64,000 nucleotides of DNA. Origin: Terriglobia bacterium (GTDB taxonomy: Bacteria; Acidobacteriota; Terriglobia; UBA7540). Numbering within the stretch: the stretch's first letter is position 1; each line of letters begins with the position of its first letter. Made by a program: the position numbers and the translations under genes. Location of the stretch: NCBI GenBank assembly GCA_020073545.1, contig JAIQEZ010000009.1:528-64527 (forward strand). Direction: 5' to 3'. This document shows positions 57,317 through 64,000 of the stretch, in pieces. Under the pieces are notes generated by a model that saw only the letters and a list, made by a program, of their open reading frames with translations, ran no database searches and was not told the origin of the DNA.

Positions 57317-59263
57317 ATGGCAGCTCCACCGTTTTTGGACAACCGAGGCTTACAACTGCTTGTCTTTGGAGGCAAAGGCGGAGTCGGAAAGACGACGTGC
57401 GCTACCGCAACGGCGCTGAAATTGGCCAGACGCTCACCCAAATCATCTTTTCTCCTGGTTTCCACGGACCCCGCGCACTCCCTCACGGATAGCCTGGCGG
57501 GCTCGCTTCCACCCGACAATTTGAAGGTATTCGAACTGGATGCGCAGGAATACCTCGCCACCTTCAAGAAGAGCCATCACGCCAAACTCCGGGAAATCGC
57601 CTCGCGTGGAACCTTCCTCGATGACGACGAAATTAGCCGCTTCCTGGATCTCTCCTTGCCGGGCTTGGATGAACTCATGGGCTTTCTGGAGATCTCCGCC
57701 TGGGTGGAAAATCGGAGCTACGATTGCATTATCCTGGACACCGCCCCCAGTGGTCACACGCTACGCTTGCTTGCCATGCCGGAATTCCTCCGCAAATGGC
57801 TGGACATGCTGGAAACGCTGCTGGCGAAGCACCGCTACATGAAGTGGGCCTTCACCCGCTCCAACCATCGCGACGAGCTCGACACCTTCCTCGAGGGGTT
57901 AGCGGCATCGGTGAAACGGATGGAAGAATTACTCCAGGATCCGGTTCGTTGCCGGTTTGTCCCGGTCATGCTCGCCGAGGCGATGAGCATCCGCGAGACC
58001 ATGGCAATCGTGAAGGAACTGGATCGTCTCAAGCTTCCAAGGACCGACGTCGTGATCAACGGGCTCTATCCGGATAACGCCTGCGCGATTTGTCGGGACG
58101 GGCGCCCCCGCCAGATTCGGGAACTGCAGAGTCTTTTCCGTCAAACCCATCTGTCCAAGTTGGCATTCTGGGCTGTCCCGTTTTACGCCGAGGAGGTCCG
58201 CGGGCGGGAAGCTCTCGAATCGTTCTGGGATCAGGTGGAGCAAATCAGCGCAGCGCCACGCGCGGGGCGCGGACCGTCGGTGGCTCCGCCGCTAAGCGTG
58301 GAGGCAGCCGCACCGTGGCCTCCCCCTGAGACTACCCTTCTGATCTTTGCGGGCAAGGGTGGTGTGGGAAAGACAACCCTGGCCTGCGCCACAGCACTGC
58401 AACTGGCGCACACCGGTTCAGGGAAGAATGTCCTTCTGTTCTCGACGGGACCTGCTCACTCGTTGTCAGGGTGTCTCGAGACGCAGATCGACTCCCGGCC
58501 GAAGGTCGTGAGCTCCGGCCTCACGGCCCTGGACATTGATTCGGAGGCGGAATTGGAGGCTTTGAAAAAACAGTACGCGGGGGACATTGAGAAATTCCTG
58601 CACTCGCTGGCGAGCAACTTTGATCTGACTTTCGACCGCGAGGTGCTCGAGAGGATTCTGGATCTCTCCCCTCCCGGCCTGGACGAGGTGATGGCCCTGA
58701 CGCGCGTCATGGCCCTACTCGCCTCAGGCAGCTACGACGTTCTGGTCCTCGACTCAGCATCGACGGGTCACCTGGTTCGGCTGCTGGAGCTCCCGGAAAT
58801 CATTGACCAGTGGCTGAAGCTCTTTTTCGAACTCTTCCTGAAATACCAACAGGTCTTTCGCCTGACGAAGTTTTCTCAGGAATTGGTGACGATGTCGAAA
58901 AATCTCAAAAGACTCAGAGAACTGTTGAGCGATCCGGCTAGGGCCGCTCTGTATGCCGTTAGCATTCCGACAGATATGGCCTTTGAGGAAACACGGGATT
59001 TGGTGGCCGCCTGCGAGCGCTTAGGCATCCGGGTGCCCGGGATGTTTCTCAACCTCGTCACGCCGCGCAGTGATTGCGACTTGTGTTCCGCCCTGTACCG
59101 CCGGGAGTCTCGAGTGCGCCAGAAGTTTCAACAGAGCCTTTCGGGTAGGGACGTCACAGTGGTTTATCGTCGCGGAGACATGCGAGGCCTTTGCCGGCTG
59201 GGAGAACTGGGGAAGGCCCCTTACCAAAGCAGCCGCGTGGAATCGAGAGCCTATGTCTGTTGA
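57317..59263 (+). CDS. Tandem-duplicated ArsA/Get3 (TRC40)-family ATPase
   Basis: It has two homologous halves. Each carries a deviant Walker A (FGGKGGVGKTT and FAGKGGVGKTT), an STDPAHSL/STGPAHSL motif, and a DTAP-type switch (ILDTAPSGHTLRLL and VLDSASTGHLVRLL). The start is set at ATG 57317. Confidence 0.85.
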   Translation: MAAPPFLDNRGLQLLVFGGKGGVGKTTCATATALKLARRSPKSSFLLVSTDPAHSLTDSLAGSLPPDNLKVFELDAQEYLATFKKSHHAKLREIASRGTFLDDDEISRFLDLSLPGLDELMGFLEISAWVENRSYDCIILDTAPSGHTLRLLAMPEFLRKWLDMLETLLAKHRYMKWAFTRSNHRDELDTFLEGLAASVKRMEELLQDPVRCRFVPVMLAEAMSIRETMAIVKELDRLKLPRTDVVINGLYPDNACAICRDGRPRQIRELQSLFRQTHLSKLAFWAVPFYAEEVRGREALESFWDQVEQISAAPRAGRGPSVAPPLSVEAAAPWPPPETTLLIFAGKGGVGKTTLACATALQLAHTGSGKNVLLFSTGPAHSLSGCLETQIDSRPKVVSSGLTALDIDSEAELEALKKQYAGDIEKFLHSLASNFDLTFDREVLERILDLSPPGLDEVMALTRVMALLASGSYDVLVLDSASTGHLVRLLELPEIIDQWLKLFFELFLKYQQVFRLTKFSQELVTMSKNLKRLRELLSDPARAALYAVSIPTDMAFEETRDLVAACERLGIRVPGMFLNLVTPRSDCDLCSALYRRESRVRQKFQQSLSGRDVTVVYRRGDMRGLCRLGELGKAPYQSSRVESRAYVC

Positions 59264-59540
59264 AACCAGCACCGGAAACCGGCCACCCGTGGTTTCCGAA
59301 CTCGCGCTCGATGACGCCAAGCGGGTCTCTTTGTGTGAGGTGCTCGACCGGGTGCTGAACAAGGGGGTTGTGGTGGCCGGGGATGTGACGATCTCGGTCG
59401 CTGATGTCGACCTCATTTACCTCGGACTGCAACTCGTGCTCACATCCATGGAGAAGGCGCGCCAAGGCTTTCGCCGAGCGCCGGTACAATTGGACGCAGA
59501 CCTGGGCATCGAGAAGGAGCTGGCCAGTGGATTCCGCTGA
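59253..59540 (+). CDS. GvpA/J/M-family gas vesicle protein (GvpM/S-like)
   Basis: 95 aa. SLCEVLDRVLNKGVVVAGDVTISVADVDLIYLGLQLVLTSMEKA. The start overlaps the ArsA-like gene by 11 nt. Confidence 0.85.
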   Translation: MSVETSTGNRPPVVSELALDDAKRVSLCEVLDRVLNKGVVVAGDVTISVADVDLIYLGLQLVLTSMEKARQGFRRAPVQLDADLGIEKELASGFR

Positions 59541-59904
59541 GCTGCCGTGGGTCGAGTCTGAAGCCCTCAGTGACTTCGCTCGGGTGATGAAAGTAGGCCC
59601 GTTACCTCGGTCTCAACCGTCTAAAGGTCGGCAGGGGCGGAACGCCCGCCTGAACCTCGATGAGAATGATATAAAGAACGGCCTCGGACAACTGGTGCTG
59701 ACTCTGGTCAAGCTCTTGCACGAATTGCTGGAGCGCCAGGCCATCCACCGCATCGAGGGCGGCGACTTGAGTGACCAGCAGATTGAAAGGCTCGGAATGA
59801 CGCTGATGAGGCAAACCCAGGAAATCACCCGGCTCCGAAAGGAATTCGGCCTGGAAGAAGAAGATCTTAACCTGGATCTCGGCCCGCTGGGCAAGCTTTT
59901 GTAA
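59527..59904 (+). CDS. gvpK: Gas vesicle protein GvpK
   Basis: LGQLVLTLVKLLHELLERQAIHRIEGGDLSDQQIERLGMTLMRQTQEITRLRKEFGLEEEDLNLDLGPLGKLL. The GTG start at 59527 overlaps the upstream stop and is tentative. Confidence 0.85.
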   Translation: MDSAELPWVESEALSDFARVMKVGPLPRSQPSKGRQGRNARLNLDENDIKNGLGQLVLTLVKLLHELLERQAIHRIEGGDLSDQQIERLGMTLMRQTQEITRLRKEFGLEEEDLNLDLGPLGKLL

Positions 59905-59915
59905 AAGGAGATGTC

Positions 59916-60239
59916 ATGGCGCAGCAACGCAGCCTGTCACACGCGGTGCAAAGTTCAACTTTGGCGGACGTGTTGGAGCGGGTTTTAGACAAAGGGGTCG
60001 TCATCGCTTGCGATATCCGAGTGAAGCTGGTCGATATCGAACTCCTGTCCATCCAGATCCGCCTGGTCATCTGCTCGGTCGACAAAGCCAAGGAAATGGG
60101 GATGGATTGGTGGGTGAACAACCCGATCTTTCGCCGGGAAGAGGACCGTGAAACGCTGGCAACCTCTCTCGCCAGCATCGAGGAAAGGATGGCAAGGCTG
60201 GAGGCCTCTCTCCCGAAAGAGGAAGTGCGTGCTGGCTAA
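59916..60239 (+). CDS. gvpJ: GvpA/J-family gas vesicle protein (GvpJ-like)
   Basis: TLADVLERVLDKGVVIACDIRVKLVDIELLSIQIRLVICSVDKAKEMGMDWW. Confidence 0.85.
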   Translation: MAQQRSLSHAVQSSTLADVLERVLDKGVVIACDIRVKLVDIELLSIQIRLVICSVDKAKEMGMDWWVNNPIFRREEDRETLATSLASIEERMARLEASLPKEEVRAG

Positions 60240-60973
60240 CCCGCCCCTTCCCCGCAATCCGTCCATAGGTCTTAAGGTTACAACTAGAATCGCCGCCCCG
60301 CTCGATCCCTTTGGAATTGCGGCTTCGATGTCGCCGCCGTCGGTTTCAAGGCGAGCAGAGAAACCGCTCATCAAGGGATTTCCTGCGGCAGACCTGGCAA
60401 GCTGGCACGCCCCTGTCGAAGCCCTGAGATTCCCGTACAGGGACAGCTCGCGTTGAGACTTCGCCCAGTTTCGGTTGATACGCTCCCTGGCTCCTGCCGC
60501 CAACTCGCAAAACCCCATTCAATCCCCATACCTGGCCGCGTCCGCCACGAGTGCCTCAACCATTACCAGTGGTGTCTGGACATCTGGCCTCAGATCCAGA
60601 GAGAAAGCTGGCTGAGGCTTGTGGACAAGGCGTTGGCGGAAGTTGTCACCCAGGCTGTGAAAGAGCGCAAATCAGGCCTCGGGGACTAGGCTGCCGACCA
60701 ATTCTAAAAACCTCGAAGACCTCATCCTTCGTCACTCGCGCGTGTTCTCAACCGTGGTCTAGAGGCGACCCCCGGCACGGCCGAAGTAAAGCCGCCCCCT
60801 TTGAGGTGGAAAGCCGCGGTCTTCTTAACCGTTGCTCTACATATTCCCGCCTCTCTGGATTGAACGGTCACCCCTTCACCGCTGGCACCGACGAGGAATC
60901 TTCGCGGGAAAAGTCTGGATTGTCTGGTGTGAAAATCCTTTCTCGGCGCTTGCCCGGCGCGGCGCACCAAGCC

Positions 60974-61022
60974 GATGCGGCCACTTGTCCGGTTTGCGAC
61001 TCTACGGCCAATCAGCTGCTAA
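60974..61022 (+). repeat. Intergenic repeat, copy C (distal half only)
   Basis: gatgcggccacttgtccggtttgcgactctacggccaatcagctgct matches 13380-13426 at 44 of 47 positions. Confidence 0.75.
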
Positions 61023-61631
61023 CTGTCGGGGAGTGACTGCGGACGATTGTTTCCGAGTACGCGACGATTCGCCCAGAACCGGTCCAACGCGTGATGAAGT
61101 GGTGGCTGGCGAGCATAGTTGGCCACTTGCACCCGTAGCGCCTCGGGCGCAATCCTCCCTGGCCCGCGGCTGTCCTTTCAGCATGATTGCCCAGTCCCGT
61201 GGGTGAACTGCAGAGTGCTTTATCGGGACCCGCAGTTCGAAGATCCACACTGGAAGCCCTGAGGTTGGGACGCCAAGGCGTAATGTCTCGAGGCCGTTGG
61301 TAGTGAACGGATGGGTTCTTCGCGAGCCACGGCGCGTTTTGGTCTGTCCGCTTACTCTAAGGCGGGAAATTCATCCGGCAGAGGAGGGTTTGGTACGGCA
61401 GGTCGGACTCACTCGTCGGTCTCATTTCGGCATGTCTGCACGGCAGCAGGCTCAGAACCCGAGCTGACTAGCGTGCAACCAGCCGACAACTCACTCTGAA
61501 GTTGGTACAAAAACCCCGGACCACGCAACAGGTGGATTCTCTCTCATTCCACTTGGCACGAAAATCCGGTCCAGTCAGACCAAGGCACTTGGCGCCCTGG
61601 GGGTGCTGCTCAAGCCGGATTCTCTCGGCGT

Positions 61632-64000
61632 TTAAAGCGGGGCGACCTCCTCCGTGTATTCGGTCTCAACGTTGTCGAAGACCAGTCCCCGGAACTGGTC
61701 AGGTTTCAGTTTCGGAAGGGTGAGTTGAACCCGATGTTCCATGCCGGGTGACAGGTAAGAAACATCCGCGTAGAAACCGACAAAGGATGGCCGATGCACG
61801 CGAATTGAGGCATAGGCTTTCCGCAGCTCGACCGGCTGACCGTCGATCTTGAGGTGAATCTCCATGGCGTCATCATGCTCCGCGACTTGCACGAACAGGA
61901 GCAAGCGTTCGGGCGCGAGCCAGGTGGTTTTCAGATCTTCTTCCGTCCAGGGAATGGGCCAGGACTTCTTCCTCGCCGCCAGTTGTTCAAAAACGCGGGA
62001 GGGAATCCGAAATGTTCCTTGAAGCGTGCCGCCCTCTCCGCCTGCGGGCCCGTTCATTTCCACGGCCTGGCTTCGTCCGAAGTAGGCACCGGCAAACCGG
62101 ACGGGGATGGTAATGACGCCGCCCACCTGCTGGAATTTCGCAGTTCGGCCGTTGACCGTCACTTGCTTGACGGTGGCGCCTTTCGGAACCAGGGCCAGCA
62201 CCTTTTCATCCGTCCCAATCTCGCCACGAATCCCGGTCAATGCCAGCGATCCACCGGCAAGGGCCGCCTGGCCCGGTGCGTTGAAGAGGAGCGCGCTGGA
62301 GATCGGTTCGGAGGCCGGCACGACTTTCAGGACCAGCGCGCTCGTGCCGTCCAGGGTGAGGGAGACGCTATCCCCGTATGACCAGAGACCGGCCTCCGCT
62401 TTGCCGAGCAGGCGTCCTTCCAGGGGATAAATCTCCTTCAGCAGGTAATGGCCTTGCTTCTTGAGACCTATTGAACCATCCAGAGCGAATCGCGCGAGCG
62501 TCTTGTTGCCGTTGGAATTAAAGAGGAAGAGGTATCCACAATTCTTCACGATGGCCGAGGTCCCGTCCGCCTTCCCGATGGCGGGCTGGCCGAGAATCGG
62601 ACGGGTGTTTCGCAGGAAGTCCCGGTTCGTGTCGGCCCAATCCAGCCAGTGACGGAACCATTGCTTGTCCGGCTCGGAAAACAGGTGGAACTCCTCGGGG
62701 TCGCGCGCCGGAATCATGTCAATCACATTGTTCCACCCCGCTGTGGCAATCGAGGAGAGCACTGAATACCGCCACCCCAGATAGTCCCAGTCACGCTGGC
62801 GGAACGGCACCAACATGTCTCTTGATTTCGCTGTACTGATGTGGGGCATTTCCCCGCTTTCATCATTCCGGGGAGTCTGATGTGTGAAAAACCCCGGCAT
62901 GATCTCCGTCGGGCAGAACTCATAGCTGCGATACCAGTATGCCGTGTAGCGCTGCCGGTTGGCAGAGACCCGGTCGATGTGCAGGTCGGGGAAAACCGTG
63001 AAGCTTTCCGGCTGCTCGTCGGTGGACGTGGGGTGCGGGTAGCTGCCGGCCAGCCAGATCCAGGGGCCGTACCTCTGATAGAGTTGCCGGCCGTCTATCG
63101 CCATATCCGGAACTTGGGTGCGGAGAGTTTCTAACACCCGTCGCCAGCCCCACCATTGCGCATAGCGGCTCGTGCCGTCGTACCAGAGGAAGGTATAGTC
63201 GAAACAGAATCCCCCGATGCCGGTTCGACGATAAAACGCCAGCAGGTTTTCAATCAGCCAATCCTGAAAGCTACGAACACCGAGGCTGGCATAGAGCGTC
63301 TGACCCTGAAATTTGGTGTTGCGCGCCAGCCACTCCGGATTTTGTGAGAACGGCAGCACGGGATAAACATAGGCAACCAGTTTGAGTCCTTTGGATCGGG
63401 CGAGGTCCAGCAGCCACTCGACCGATGCGGGAAGCGGGTCGGCCTTGGGGTCCCACTCGCCCTTGCGTATCTTCTGGCCCAGGTTCAACCAGAGTTCGTA
63501 CTCCCACTTCCAGTCGTCGACGCTGTCTTCGCGGCGGGCCAGCGCGGAGTTGCTAGGGGTGGTGAGGACATACTCCGCGCCAAGTTCAGCCGCGCGGTCG
63601 AATATCCGCTCGATCTCTACCCTTCCGGCCGGAGAATCGATATCGAGCTGATAATCATTTTCGCACCAGCCGACGTGAATCCTTAGCGGCTCGTTCGGTT
63701 TGTGGAGCAAAAACGCCCGCACGCAGTCCGTGAACGCCTGGACCTCAGCCTCATCCGGGCCGGACCCGGGCGGGGACGGAGCCTCTCCAGGCAGCTTCCA
63801 TTCAGGGAGCATCTTTTCGGGAAGCCGCCGGCCCGTCAGCCTGTAAGTGCCAAGGCACCCCCGGTCGGACTCGAATGGTCCGTACTCAGCCTTCCAATCC
63901 ATTTCGGGATCGTAGGAGATCTCGAGGGAGGCGCTATCCTGATGAACCTTCAGGAAGGGGTTCTGAACCAGAACAAGAATCCCAAATGCCTCATCAAACC
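61632..64000 (-). CDS. Putative glycoside hydrolase-like TIM-barrel protein, 5' end outside the window
   Basis: The frame stays open upstream of the annotated Met to the window edge. The central region (...GLKLVAYVYP...GFCFDYTF...) looks like a glycosidase-like barrel followed by beta-sandwich domains. The family was not assigned. Confidence 0.6.
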   Translation of the reverse strand, partial: FDEAFGILVLVQNPFLKVHQDSASLEISYDPEMDWKAEYGPFESDRGCLGTYRLTGRRLPEKMLPEWKLPGEAPSPPGSGPDEAEVQAFTDCVRAFLLHKPNEPLRIHVGWCENDYQLDIDSPAGRVEIERIFDRAAELGAEYVLTTPSNSALARREDSVDDWKWEYELWLNLGQKIRKGEWDPKADPLPASVEWLLDLARSKGLKLVAYVYPVLPFSQNPEWLARNTKFQGQTLYASLGVRSFQDWLIENLLAFYRRTGIGGFCFDYTFLWYDGTSRYAQWWGWRRVLETLRTQVPDMAIDGRQLYQRYGPWIWLAGSYPHPTSTDEQPESFTVFPDLHIDRVSANRQRYTAYWYRSYEFCPTEIMPGFFTHQTPRNDESGEMPHISTAKSRDMLVPFRQRDWDYLGWRYSVLSSIATAGWNNVIDMIPARDPEEFHLFSEPDKQWFRHWLDWADTNRDFLRNTRPILGQPAIGKADGTSAIVKNCGYLFLFNSNGNKTLARFALDGSIGLKKQGHYLLKEIYPLEGRLLGKAEAGLWSYGDSVSLTLDGTSALVLKVVPASEPISSALLFNAPGQAALAGGSLALTGIRGEIGTDEKVLALVPKGATVKQVTVNGRTAKFQQVGGVITIPVRFAGAYFGRSQAVEMNGPAGGEGGTLQGTFRIPSRVFEQLAARKKSWPIPWTEEDLKTTWLAPERLLLFVQVAEHDDAMEIHLKIDGQPVELRKAYASIRVHRPSFVGFYADVSYLSPGMEHRVQLTLPKLKPDQFRGLVFDNVETEYTEEVAPL

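Noticed and set aside
1-64000. CRISPR arrays, rRNA genes, prophage structural modules, and toxin-antitoxin or classic defence operons
   Set aside because: I saw no regularly spaced direct repeats, no rRNA-like segments and no phage or defence gene signatures. The NYN gene in the insertion stands alone and cannot be assigned to a defence system from sequence alone.

Overview
This is a high-GC bacterial chromosomal segment. All family calls were made by eye from motifs and architecture; no BLAST, HMM or RNA-folding tools were run. The gene content (a CarboxypepD_reg-type TonB-dependent receptor, a CRTAC1/ASPIC protein, many TPR proteins) suggests Acidobacteriota, but that is inference only.

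Layout:
- 0-4.1 kb: three tandem paralogs of a polytopic membrane/TPR glycosyltransferase-like protein.
- 4.3-13.3 kb: mixed genes, namely YbgA-like, rhomboid-TPR, FmdE-like, a gutted IS transposase remnant, a response regulator, and a Tm-1-like/cupin/PEP-hydrolase-like operon.
- 13.4-32 kb: carbohydrate genes. These are GH2, GntR and galK; a split MprF-like module; a GH9 / Na-solute symporter / frameshifted 2-epimerase / GH130 operon; and a divergent GH94 phosphorylase.
- 32-41 kb: a membrane-anchored double-malectin protein, a TonB-dependent receptor, CRTAC1/ASPIC and a TPR protein.
- 42.8-60.2 kb: a gas vesicle (gvp) locus in two tightly packed blocks.
  - Block 1 is unknown protein / sigma-54 activator / Hsp20 / Cdc48-like AAA+ / two GvpF/L.
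  - Block 2 is gvpA / two coiled-coil paralogs / gvpN / four small genes / GvpF/L / gvpG / tandem ArsA/Get3-like ATPase / GvpA-family / gvpK / gvpJ-like.
  - The blocks are separated by a visibly lower-GC mobile insertion carrying an NYN-domain gene, a tRNA, an IS1595-family transposase and a membrane coiled-coil protein.
- 61.6-64 kb: a partial glycosidase-like gene.

Most interesting observations:
- An ArsA/Get3-like ATPase and an sHSP + Cdc48-like module are embedded in the gvp operons.
- A -24/-12 (sigma-54) promoter sits in front of gvpA.
- A type II, Leu-like tRNA folds by hand with a UGG (proline) anticodon.
- A homopolymer frameshift splits the 2-epimerase.
- An intergenic repeat family brackets the GH2 gene.
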